A stretch of DNA of 63,874 bases, the filler included, from Reticulomyxa filosa (taxonomy: Eukaryota; Protista; Foraminifera), in assembly GCA_000512085.1 (NCBI GenBank). It is 17 parts of 17 records of this genome, joined end to end, with 100 filler letters (N's around TTAATTAATTAA, not from the genome) between each part and the next. Parts side by side here need not be neighbours in the genome. Positions count along the whole stretch, not along the records: positions 35,374 to 41,178 come from ASPP01009746.1; positions 41,279 to 46,220 come from ASPP01036451.1; positions 46,321 to 47,389 come from ASPP01031670.1; positions 47,490 to 49,418 come from ASPP01004199.1; 13 more parts are not named here. The stretch is one strand, 5' to 3'. The notes under the pieces were generated by a model that had not been told where the DNA came from, searched no databases, and saw only the letters and a program-made list of their open reading frames with translations. Shown here in pieces: positions 37,593 to 49,518 of this stretch. Positions within the stretch are counted from its first letter, which is position 1; every line of letters starts with the position of its first letter. The position numbers were made by a program, and so were the translations under genes.

Positions 37593-40500
37593 GTGTATAT
37601 ACATACAAACCGACTGCAAAATAAGTTGCAATTTGTGCACATCATAAAAAAATCTTGTAAAGTAAGTGGTGGAATCACGTTTACGAGAATTGATGGGAAA
37701 TTGGGAATGATGAACAACCTGAATTTTTTCGCGAAGTGAACCGAGAAGATTGACATCAGGACTGCGTTGGATGCACTCAAAAGTTTCGTACGGAGAAATT
37801 TTTTTAGGGAGATCTGCTTCATTGAACCCATATTTAATTAAGTCTTCACGAGTCCAGTACCAAATATTTTCCATATATTTGTTTCCCGTTTTGTTTTCTT
37901 CGTACATTCCAACGATTTTGCCAAGCCAAAATTCGCCATTGCTTGCCTCCACTCGGCATTGATCATTTAGTTGATATTGACAGCCATCGACAATGACTTG
38001 TCTGTAATAATTTTTTACTTTGGTTTCTTTGATTGGCTCACCACACCATTCGATTTGTATTTCTTTTGGTGCATCGGCCGTACCTTCATCCTCCATATTT
38101 CTATTATCTATGCTCTCATTGGTTTCTGCAGCGGCGTAATTGGTTTCGGTCATGTGTTGCAACAATCTTTCTACTAACTCCTCTTTTTTCCCCCGTGTTG
38201 TCAATCCTCTTTTTTTCAATTTCGGTCTCAAGTCCACCAATCGCAGTTTTTTTAGTCCCGTTTGTGTCAATGGTGTGGTACCAACTCGGTCCATTACTTT
38301 TGAATTCAAAGGAGTGCTTATGCTTGCTTTTGATAACACTATATATTTTCATTCCATTTTTTTGTTATCATATATACATATATATACTCTGCACATATTT
38401 TTTTTGTAAAAAAAAAAAACACTTTTGGGGAATTTATTTTCTTTGTTTGCATCGTCTTCGTCACTTTCTTGCGGTGCTCCTCTTCTTCTCTTTGGTACTG
38501 GCTCAGGTTCAGGCTCAGGCTCCGGTTCACGTTCTGGCTCTGGTTCGGGCTCTGGCTCTGGTTTAGGTACTTCCTCCTCCTCCACTTCTTCTTCTTCTTC
38601 TTCTTGCTCTCGGACTCTTCTTTCGTCAACTACCGGCAATCGACTCTTTGACTGAGTCTCAATATCAGACTCGCTTTCAAAACGTTTTTTTGCGTGCGAC
38701 TGCTTTGTGTCTACCCTTCGGATTTTTGGATTGGGTAAGTCTTCGGTCATTTCTCGTTTACGCTTTTTTTTTTTTAACAATATTTTGTTTTGTTTTTTTT
38801 TTTTAACAAAAAAAAGAATATAATTGAGTTAACCTTACGAGCACCCCAGTTGAATATGTGCTCCTTCTGTTTACGACGTTCTCTGTTGTCAAAGGTTGGG
38901 GCCATTCTTCTTCTTCTTTTTCTTTTTTTTTTCATTTTCTCTTTCTCTTTCCAGTTCCTTTTCTCTTTCTCTTTCCCTTTCCTTTTCTTTTTCTCTTTCC
39001 ATTTCTTTTTCTTTTTCTTGCTTTGATGTGTGAGCCTTTTTTTTTTTGATGTGTTGTTTGATAATGAGAAAGAAAGTCAAAATTATTTGTGATTTTTTTT
39101 TTTTTTTTTTTACTTCCGAAAGCTTGCTTTTGAGTTGTCCAATGTCGAAGGTGAATATGTTATTTTCATGTCTGAATTTATTCTTAATCTGGACAATGTT
39201 GCCACGAAGTGCTCGGATTCCATCTCTTAAATGTTTCCATTGTTTCAATTCCGTTTGCGATTTTTTTTTTCTCTTTTTTTTTTTTTTTGTTGTTGTTGTT
39301 GTTGATTCATTCCAAAGGCTTTCAGACAAATAATAAAAAAAGGGAGTGTTTAACAGTCGACTGTGCATTAAGCTTTTCAAGCAAATTTTCCTTTTCAATG
39401 TTTTGCTTTCGTAATTCAATTACTTCTTTTTCCAATGATGTTTTTTCACTCACCTTTTTTTTTTAAAAAAATTAGTTGGTTGATTTCCAGTTGTTATTAT
39501 TAATTTTTTTTTTTTTCAAAAAAGAAAAGCAAACCAAAGAATTGAATTTTTGGGACATTTCGTTATGTTTTACTTCCATCGACTTCAATTTGGAGTGAGC
39601 CTCGTTTCTTTCTCTTTCCAGTTTTTCGGACTTTTTTTTTTTTTTTTGGTGTTATTTCATTAGCAACAAAACAGCCCAAAAATAGGTGAATGAGTGAATA
39701 AGTGGAATGAAATAATATAAAAATGGAAAAGCATAAAAACTCGGTCAAATTCCAATTCCATGATTCTGTTATGTTCCAATTGCAAGTCGCAAATTTCTTC
39801 AAAGTGGGCATCTACTAATTTGTCCCTTTCAATCTGTTTCATTGCCATTGAAAAAAAAAAAAAAAAAAGGACGCAAGGTTACAAAAACAAACAAACAAAC
39901 AAACAAATAAATGAATGAATGAATGAATGAAGGAACAAGAATAAACTCGCATTTCATCCATCAATTTGGAGGTACTTTGATGAGCCGACGTGACTAAGTT
40001 TCGAATTACTTCAGAGTGTTGCTAAGAATGGATGTGATTGTTGCAAAGACGTTGGGAAATGTATTGATTTGTCTAAAGCTATGCTAAGGGATTAAATATA
40101 TATACATGTGTGTATATATATATATATGTATATAACCTGAATAATGTTGTTGTTTTCAATTTCCAATTCTCGACAGCGCTTCCAAGCATCGACAGCAAGT
40201 TTGTACAGACTATATTTATTGAACTCTTGCCACGACACGTCTTTCCTTCGAGCGCTCGTATCTTTTCCATCGTCTGTTTATGTTTGATGAGATAAGAAAA
40301 GGAGGGTTAAAACTCACTGGTTGTCAAAGCCCCTTTCACAGCAAAGGGAGGGAGGAGGGGAGGGGAAGGGAGACGACGATGACGATAGAAGACACTCAAC
40401 AAGGAATGGCGGGTGGTTTCTTAAGCGCCCGATGGGAGTTGACCATTGGCTTTACAACAATGTCGCTATTTTCGGCGCTGAAATTCAACGAATCTAACGT

Positions 40501-41128
40501 TGGCATAAAGTCCTCCCTAGTGTGTGTGTGTTTGTATATACATATACATATATATATGTATATATATGTATATGCATATATGTATATGTATGTATTATAT
40601 GTATCCACCGTCCATTGGCACGACATACAAGGGAGAGACATGCACAGAGCAACAACAGAACTGAGTAAATTGTGCAGTGGCAATCATGGAAATGAATGCA
40701 TGTCCAGTGAAATAGTCGGCTAAGATCCTTGTCAATTCACAGTCACGAAAAGGGATATGAACAGAAGAAGAAGAAGAAGAAGAAGAAGAAAACGTTGACG
40801 TCGATGTCGATGTCGATGTCGATGTCGATGCAGATAACATAGACGAAGAAGAAAGAGAAGAAGAGACAGAAGAAGAAGAAGAAGCAGCAGCAGCATTGTT
40901 CGGAATCAAATCGCGTTGTCTCAATTTCATCAAGCATCGTCTCAAACAGGTCAACGACAAATTGATATTTTTCGCTTCATTGTACTCGTGTGAGTTGACT
41001 GCCGCCGTAGTGCGTTCCGCGCCCGCCAAATCACACAAGCATACCTTGCCAACCACCTTCGATTCGTAGTCATGCTTTATCACTTCTATCACGCAAAGGC
41101 TGTGACTACGGCTTGAGTTCTGTTCCAT
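37199..41128 (-). CDS. Kinesin-6-like motor with coiled coil, EP-rich linker, SAP domain and BAH domain; 5'-partial, multi-exon
   Basis: Switch I NSSRSH, LCDLAGAER, EAKNINLSLTCLRRC, HIPFRDCELTRIL.DYFTG and TLDSLNFSA. Phase-consistent exons lead to SAP (~38154-38255) and BAH (~37635-38009). Confidence 0.8.
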
Positions 41129-41278
41129 TGTTTTTATTTCACGTTTGTATATAATACATAATACATATATGTATATATNNNNNNNNNNNNNNNNNNNNNN
41201 NNNNNNNNNNNNNNNNNNNNNNTTAATTAATTAANNNNNNNNNNNNNNNNNNNNNNNNNNNNNNNNNNNNNNNNNNNN

Positions 41279-41470
41279 GCAAAACAAAATTTTACAGCGA
41301 TAGCTACAGCTACAAATGGCCGATGCGAACAATTGGACATTAATTCAAATAAAGGCTCAGATCAATTGACTGATCTAGTCTCTGAGGAAGTTCTCAGGAA
41401 CGCAGGAGGTGCAAATGGAAACGAGTTTGTGGAAGCATACAGAGCCAAATTCTCGAAATCATTTACTTGA
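41279..41470 (+). CDS. C-terminal exon of an unknown protein (possibly a vWA-type tail)
   Basis: Open frame from the contig start: AKQNFTAIATATNGRCEQLDINS...AYRAKFSKSFT*. Confidence 0.45.
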   Translation, partial: AKQNFTAIATATNGRCEQLDINSNKGSDQLTDLVSEEVLRNAGGANGNEFVEAYRAKFSKSFT

Positions 41471-41689
41471 TTCATTTTATCTTTTGGATAATCTCTTTTG
41501 TACATCCCTGTGAACATAAGATGTAACTTTCTATTCAATGCCTGATTTGTTTTGGTAAATATGATATTATTGCCCCAAGAATTGGACTTCTTTTTTTGTT
41601 CCAGAAGAAGAGAAAAGTGTGAAATTTGTATGCATTTTTTCTTTGTTTATCAGTTTAAAAAAAAGAATATGGTGGAACATTTAAAAAGT

Positions 41690-42721
41690 TGGTTACGATA
41701 CGGCACGATTGTCAACTTTTTCTCAAAAATTTTCAAAAATCAATAAAATATTCAAATTTTTCAAACGATTAGGTCTAAATGTCGTTTCATATGAAGAAAA
41801 TCAATCATTTCTATAAGATGCTGCTTTAGGTATTAAATTTTGTCATTTTCTGCGAATGATAAAACTTACAAACAAAAATGCAAACTTATCACAAAATACT
41901 GAATGATTTTGGAATTATTTTATTGAATTTCAGCCATAAATATTTTGCGTCAATTTTTCCAAAAAATAACAAGATTTTGCAATGAAAACGAATAACAAAC
42001 ATTTATTGAAAAAATGTGTTTAAAATAAAAATTATTAAAAAAAAGAAATAAATGATGGCAAAATAATTTTATGTTAAGAATATTATAATTTAAATAAAAT
42101 CTTTTTTAAATTTGATTTGTTAATTTTTTTTTGACTTTAACATTGTGTTTAATTTAAAATTACTTATTTTTGCATAATCTATGCTCAAGCTACTAGCAAT
42201 ATTAAATGAGATAAATGTTGCTAAAAATAAATTATTATGAAGAAAATCAATCATCTCTATAAAGTGCCGTTTTAGGTGTCACCTTTCTTTTGAATGACTG
42301 ATTCATGTGTATTCATGCGAAATCTTCGAAAGTCATGTGAAAAAAAGATATTTTCATCCAATTTTTAAAAAGTATTATAAAACCAATTTCATATTTTAAA
42401 ACTACAAGATTTGACCTTGTTTTACATCAACTAAATAGCATAAAGACTAAATAATGGAAAACATAGTTACATTAGAATAAAAAAAAGTTGGCACCACTTT
42501 ATGAAGATTGATTTTCTCCATAAAAAACAATATTCAATTCAATTTTTTTTAAAGAAAAATGGTACTTTTTCAAATTTCTAAACTAAAAACTAATTAACAA
42601 ATTTATTTAAAAAGCAACAAGATATTGTTAAAAAAATTATGATCAAATATTTATTTTTCGTGGAGTAAATTGACTATCTTCATAAAGTAGTATATGTGTT
42701 CTATTTTTTTGCAAACTACCG
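41690..42721. mobile_element. Cluster of MITE copies and fragments (~41690-41852, ~42236-42300, ~42468-42721)
   Basis: Recurring ttaggtctaaatg..catgaagaaaatcaatcatctctata..gtgccgttttaggtgtca terminal arm and its reverse complement. Confidence 0.65.
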
Positions 42722-43149
42722 TATTGTAAATCAGAAAAAGTCAACAGTAACATGAAACATATTTAAGTTTAAAAGGAATCAAAAAAGAATGAGAAAATTG
42801 CATGGTGTTAACCAATTTTTAAAAAAATGATTGAAATCATTAAAAAATCATTCAGTATTTTGTAAAAATACTTTTTTTTTTCACTTGTGCAGAGTGATTA
42901 TGATTGGTGCTATTCAGAGAAAATGACGCACCTACACCACAAAGACTATCCTCTCTGCAGCCAGAGCAAGTTTATCGACCTGGTCCAAAAGGACATGGCA
43001 CTAAACAAGAAACGAAGGAAAAGTGAACAAATTGTCACTACAACAACTTTTGATAAATTTCTAAAAAAAAAATAAATTTTTCTCTTATAGTCGCTGGTGA
43101 TTGCTGCCACTCTTTTCAAAAGATTGCGATTTAATAATCTTACATATAA

Positions 43150-44590
43150 ATTTTTTGTATGCTTATGTTGATGATTTTCATTTTATTCATTTGTCAAATG
43201 TCTGTTCCATACTAGTGTAAAATATTGATCCAGACAATCTGCATTCAAAAATGATGCATTTTTATGTCTTTGATATGATTCATATTGATTGTCTTGCTTT
43301 TCTTGCTATTTCGTCAGCTTTCTCATTTTCTGTGATTTCAGAATGGCCTTAATCCAGTATATTTCTGGTACATTTTCAGGTCCCATTTGTAACATTATTT
43401 TTGTATATCAGAATCACATATACTTATAATGGCATTTACTGCAAATTTGCAGTCATTCAGTATAATTACTCAGTATTTTTTATTTTGATAATATTTTATA
43501 TGTATTACAAAGCAATTTTGATTGACTCAATTTCACTACAAATACTTGTTGTAATGCATTGAATCGGAATTTGTAATTCCATCCATTTAGGCATAGAATT
43601 TTCTTGAATCACCATCCAACTACTCCAACACCTGGTTTGGGCATTGTACTACGATCTGTAAATATAATCACATGTATCATCAAATGATGCTAGAATTTGA
43701 CTTGTGTTGGCTCACTCTATCTTTCGAATGGTGACTTAATTGGATGTGGTACAAATTTCAAAAAATTTACTAGTATTACTTGCAATGGCCCCAAACGATG
43801 TTCAACATAATTCCATATAAAGTCAGTTCTATGTTAATGCATACACGTGATAATGTTGATAATTTACCTAACCAACAAAAATATTCATCATGTTTAAATT
43901 GGCAATTGTTTTTAAATAGTCGATATGCTTAACTGAGATTGTGTTTTGGGAATTTTTCGATAAACCTTTCAAATTTTTGAAATAATTTTATTTCTTCTTG
44001 TTGACTACTAAACTCCAAAGGATGCATTTGAGATATGATATTGACAGTGTAGTGATACATGAGTCATAACTGACTCCAGAGTTATAATAACTCAACCCAT
44101 CAAACATTCATTCTCTTTATTCTCAATTTTTTTATACGTTTAATTTAGCTGAGCTCTCTTTCTTGCATCTCTCTACAACAGTATCATATACATTGCTTTG
44201 CATTACTGCCAATATTCTGAATATTGCAACTCGTTGAATTTTTTCTAACTTTTTCTTATGTGATTTAGCAGCACCATTCCAAAACGCACATGCATATTCT
44301 AAATTTAGTCTAATTATTGTTTTATACAGCAAGTTGCAAACATCCAAGATGGGCCTAATTCCTTTGTAGGAACGTAAGATCCTTTATACGTTAGACTTAA
44401 GTCCATTATTAATACTAAGTACTTTACTTTATTTGTTTCTGAGATTTTTACATCCCTAAGATGAAGAGATAGTGCAAAATAATTTCTTTTATTTTTATTA
44501 CGAAATGTAATGCATTGTGATTTTTCTGAAGATAATACTAACTTCCATTTTGATGATCATAATGTAATCCTATCAAGGTTTTGTTGAAGT
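43150..44590 (-). mobile_element. Degraded LINE ORF2: RT C-terminus and RNase H
   Basis: LQQNLDRI..SKWKLVLSSEKSQCITF; LYKTIIRLNLEYACAFW; RNase H motifs IFTD.S..KPGVG, NDCKFAVNAI and YWIK.H...ENEKADEIAR; many stops. Confidence 0.8.
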
Positions 44591-44591
44591 A

Positions 44592-44900
44592 CAGTATAAT
44601 GCAAAGTAAAGTTGACACCTAAAACGGCACCTCATGAAAAAACAACATTCAGACTTAATATTTTTAAAAATATCTACAAATTGTGTAGTTTTTAATATCA
44701 TTTTTAATTTAGTTTTTTATCACATCTTTCCTAATTGTTTAAAAAATGTGAATATTTTTGATAGAAAGTTGGCAATTGTGCTTACGTCGTAACCATGAAA
44801 TTTACCAACTTTTTTTAAAGCATTTTCACAAAGTCCTCAATGTGTAGATATTTTTTTAAAAAAAGATTAGTCTTCTACGTTGCGTAGTTTTTGAGAAAAC
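44592..44900. mobile_element. MITE copy abutting or interrupting the LINE RT remnant
   Basis: TA|CAGTATAATGCAAAGTAAAGTTGACACC left arm; internal segment (cgtaaccatgaaattt.ccaac) shared with the 61415 copy. Confidence 0.75.
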
Positions 44901-46320
44901 TCAATTTTTTGTTAACAAAATAAATTTTTTTTGCAGAATTTAATGTTATTTTCAAAGTTTGTACATTGTGAAGGCATGATTGTTTTTGTCTACTGTTTGC
45001 TTTGTCTTTACTTATTATTAGTTTTTTTACTTTTTTTTGTATAATGCCAAACAAGTCAAGTTAATTCAAAAGCATAAGAACTAACATTTTTTTTTATGAT
45101 AAGATTGTTTTTAATGAGTTACCATTTGATTAAATCACTTTTTGCATTTTATATACTTGTATTTTTTCTAGTATTGATTTTGTTAATTTTGTGCATGTTT
45201 CTTTGTCAATTTTTTTCCATTCTAGTTCAAATTATTTACAAAGTCGACCAGCATATCAAATTTGCATGGGTGTGGGCATAACAATCTTTTGGTTGAATAA
45301 AGATCTCTTATGCAAAGAATTCCAGTACTTGCTGTTTCAATCCAATAATGATTATACAAATATTGAAAGTGATAATCTGTATTTTGCTTTTCAGAACGAA
45401 AATATAATTGAAGCAAACAAATAATGTGGTGAATGATATAGATTTTGTTCTAAAATTTGTGACTTTGAATAGAAGCCATTTATATTGTTTTGATATATTT
45501 CAAGATGATTTACCATTGATCTATGGTTTCATCTGCGTTTCATTTGCGTTAACAGGTGCATATTTGAAAATTTAATGACTATAAACTTTGATTTTTGTTC
45601 AATCAGTAGCACCACTTTGTCAATGAATATATTTAATTTTTCAACTATAATTTTTAAGCTTGCAACTTCTGACTGAATAGCAGACAGTTCATTATTTTGA
45701 TATAGAACAATTATTTGTATTTTCTTTTTTGTTGGAGTTTTTGATTTGATTTTGGACTCATCATTTAACAGATATGCATGTGTATATGTAAATGGTGTTG
45801 CATTATTGAATATACCTCAATTAATACAATTTAAATATGAAAGATATGAACATTCGAATAATGTGAAAGACGTAAAAATATCTTTCGCTTAATACAAAAT
45901 TCGTTCTACGGGAAAACGGCCTTTTTTTGCTTTTTAATTTTTGTATGAAATAAAAAATTTCAGTATCCCCAATCGTAAAGAGTCAAACATGTCAAACCAA
46001 GTTTGTCAGCAAACCTGCAAAAAAAAAAGAAAAAGGGATATTGGAGCAACTGTTGTACGTGTTTAAAAGCACATGACTAACAAACAAAATAAAAGGTAAA
46101 ATGTTTTGTGATTGAACCTTATGGCAACGAAAAAGTAATTTTTATAGCAGTTGATCTAAACGATAAAGGACAAATAGAAAGATCAAAAGAGGCAAATTGG
46201 AAACAATTATTGAAAATAATNNNNNNNNNNNNNNNNNNNNNNNNNNNNNNNNNNNNNNNNNNNNTTAATTAATTAANNNNNNNNNNNNNNNNNNNNNNNN
46301 NNNNNNNNNNNNNNNNNNNN

Positions 46321-46810
46321 CGGGTTGATGGTGCTGGTGGCCGACGAGGCCGTGGCCCAGCACAAATACTTCAAGAGCCTGGGCCCGGAGCCGCTGGACG
46401 AGGCCTTCACCGGCGATGTCCTGGCCGCGCGCCTCACCGGCCGCAAGACGCCAATCAAGGCGGCACTGCTCGACCAGAAGACCCTGGTGGGCGTGGGCAA
46501 CATCTACGCATGCGAAGCGTTGTTCCTGGCCGGTATCTCGCCGCGCCGGTCCGCTCACACGGTCAAGGGGGAGCGCGCGGGTCGCCTCGTCGACGCGATC
46601 AAGCTCGTGCTGAACCGTTCGATCGCGGACGGAGGGTCGACCCTGCGCGACCACGTTCAGCCGGGCGGCGAACTCGGCTATTTCCAGACGCGCTTCAATG
46701 TCTACGACCGTGCCGGCATCGCCTGCCCGACGCGTGACTGCGGCCATACGGTTCGCCGTCTCGTGCAGGCCGGGAGATCCACCTTCTACTGCGCACGCTG
46801 CCAGCGTTGA
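46321..46810 (+). CDS. mutM: Formamidopyrimidine-DNA glycosylase (Fpg), C-terminal part; bacterial
   Basis: [27 protein letters not shown] (H2TH), GGSTLRD, and zinc finger CPTRDC...[11 protein letters not shown]. Confidence 0.97.
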
Positions 46811-46820
46811 GATACGACCC

Positions 46821-46828
46821 GAGGAGGA
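46821..46828 (+). promoter_or_regulatory. Shine-Dalgarno sequence
   Basis: GAGGAGGA ends 8 nt upstream of the ATG at 46837. Confidence 0.7.
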
Positions 46829-46836
46829 AAGAACAA

Positions 46837-47389
46837 ATGACCACGGCATACGAGAACATCCAGACGGAAACCAAGGGCCGGGTCGGCATCATCCGGCTGA
46901 ACCGTCCGAAGGCACTGAACGCGCTCTGCGCCGATCTGGTGCGCGAGCTCGGCCAGGCGCTCGATGCGTTCGAAGCCGATCCCGGCATCGGCTGCATGGT
47001 CCTGACCGGAAGCGACAAGGCCTTCGCAGCCGGCGCCGACATCAAGGAGATGAAGGACAAGACCTATCAGGACGTCTTCCTGCAGGACTTCATCACCGTC
47101 GGCTGGGAGAAGGTGAGCCAGGTGCGCAAGCCGATCGTCGCCGCGGTGGCGGGATACGCCCTGGGCGGCGGCTGCGAGATGGCCATGATGTGTGACTTCA
47201 TCATCGCTGCGGACAACGCCAAATTCGGCCAGCCCGAGATCACGCTCGGCACCATCCCCGGCGCGGGCGGCACCCAGCGCCTGCCGCGCTTCGTCGGCAA
47301 GTCGAAGGCCATGGACATGGTCCTGACCGGGCGCATGATGGATGCTGCCGAAGCCGAGCGCTGCGGCCTGGTCAGTCGCGTCGTGCCAC
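46837..47389 (+). CDS. Enoyl-CoA hydratase (crotonase family), 3'-partial; bacterial
   Basis: [46 protein letters not shown]. Confidence 0.96.
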
Positions 47390-47789
47390 NNNNNNNNNNN
47401 NNNNNNNNNNNNNNNNNNNNNNNNNNNNNNNNNTTAATTAATTAANNNNNNNNNNNNNNNNNNNNNNNNNNNNNNNNNNNNNNNNNNNNAACAACTATAT
47501 AAATATTAAATGTCTTTTTTGTTAATAATAATAGTACATCAAATGCTATTTGTTTTACTTTTAGAGATAAAAAAAAATTATAAATTTTAACAATATTAAT
47601 TCATTTTATCAACAATCTCTTATTATTAAATATTGCGAATTTCTCATTAAAAAAATTATAGTACCCTTTTCTGAAGATACTGAACTAAAACATAAAACAT
47701 TGTAATTGTAATGTATTATCCAACTATTTTATAATTATAAAATTAAAACAAAACAAAAAATAAAAAAAGCTAAATTTATAAAAGTAGTT

Positions 47790-48455
47790 TATAATATTCT
47801 TGCTCCCGTTTTAGAGTAATATCTATGGTTGCCATATCGTTTCAAAGTTTCCCACTCCTTTTCGAATAATTTTCCATTTTTATCTTTGTTAATGATCGTT
47901 GATAAACTCTTGTACATTTCCAATTTGTTGTATTCGCATTCCAAAGAACATCAAATTGAGCTTATCTTCTTCAATAAACACATTGATCAATACCAAAAGC
48001 ATTAAGATGGACCCATCCCCTTAATTGCAATGCAGCATAATTCACATCTCCAATCACAACTAAATTATCGATATCACTGGAAAGCGTTATAAATTCGCAG
48101 AAACCAGATCCAAAGAGAATATTACCAGCATCAATATGAACAGGAGTAAGTCTTGTCCGCCTTGCCTAAATTACATATATAGTAATCTAACTGACCAAGC
48201 ATAGTGAAAAGAAATTTGAGTCAATTTGAAGAAACCACTGAGCGAGGATATATTCAAGTTTTTGGAAGGATTGGTAACGTTGGATACATTTGCTATAAAT
48301 AAAAAGAAAGATGGATCCATACAAAAAGTCATAATTGAAAAAGTCCAAAATTCGCCACCGCATTTGGCTTGCCACGACACGCACTCCAATTCCGACGATG
48401 GTTCGTATGTATACACCAGGAAATACTCTTTGCCATTATCATTAAAGTCTGACAT
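47790..48455 (-). pseudogene. Degenerate unknown gene (contains TPVHID, a possible 2OG-Fe(II) HxD motif)
   Basis: Partly open frames with stops; the single motif is the only clue. Confidence 0.2.
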
Positions 48456-49381
48456 GTTCCTTGTTGTTGCACTTTTTGATTTATCGCAACTTTTTTATTC
48501 AAAAAAAAATAAATTATTTTTTAAAATATGTTTAAAAAAAAATAAAATACTGTTTGCAAATTCTTGGTTGATTTGCATATATTTATATGTACATTTCTCC
48601 ACTGTCAAGCGATTTCTTATTGCTATTTTTTTTTTCAAAATAAATCTTTGCTCGCTCTCTTTAAAAAAAAATATGTGATACATACAATTTAAATAAACGG
48701 GGTATCGTCGATTCCACGATTGAGAGCAAACATAATTAAAAATATGAAAAACTTGATGCGTACCATCTTCGCACTCTTTTTTCTTTCTTGCTTTTTGTTT
48801 CATCCAATTTTTGAGTTTCATTCCAATCTTTTTCCACTTTTATTTCTTCACGAGTCTGTTTTTTTTTTTGCAAGTTTGTTTTATACCAAGGTTGTCAATA
48901 TAGCAAAATCTTAACTGGCTGTGGGTCGCTTGTTTGAGTTTTTAAGTTTGTCGCTGGCGAGACTATAGTGAAAGAAAACTCTGACATCGTTGTAGTTTGA
49001 GCATCGCTTGCTTGGCCTGCTGCGCCAAGTTTGAAATTTATCCTTACTGACATAATTCAATCTGAGACAAAAAAAAATGATAAAGCTTACTATGATCAAA
49101 GCTCAATTTTTTTTTTTTGTATTTTCCCCCAAATTTGGATAACAATAAACACAATAATAAGTACAATCAATAATTTGCACTTTTTTTGACACCGTGACTA
49201 AAAAATTTTTTTAAATAAATTTTACTTTGTATTTTTTTGTTTGAATACATTTTATGAATAATAAAGAAAAAAACTCTTATAAGCTTTTCTAATCTAAAAA
49301 AAAAACAAACTAATCAATGTTTGATAATAATTTTTTTTTTGCAATATTCATATTGTGAGAAATAGCATATGCAAATAACTA

Positions 49382-49418
49382 CAGTAGAATGCAAAGTAAA
49401 GTTGACACCTAAAATGGC
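49382..49418. mobile_element. MITE left terminus at contig end
   Basis: TA|CAGTAGAATGCAAAGTAAAGTTGACACCTAAAATGGC. Confidence 0.75.
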
Positions 49419-49518
49419 NNNNNNNNNNNNNNNNNNNNNNNNNNNNNNNNNNNNNNNNNNNNTTAATTAATTAANNNNNNNNNNNNNNNNNNNNNNNNNN
49501 NNNNNNNNNNNNNNNNNN

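Noticed and set aside
45000-45800. Possible gag-like coiled-coil remnant on the minus strand
   Set aside because: No diagnostic motif; cannot be supported without a search.
46321-47389. Horizontal transfer of mutM and enoyl-CoA hydratase into the host
   Set aside because: Separate contig with no host flanks and fully bacterial composition.
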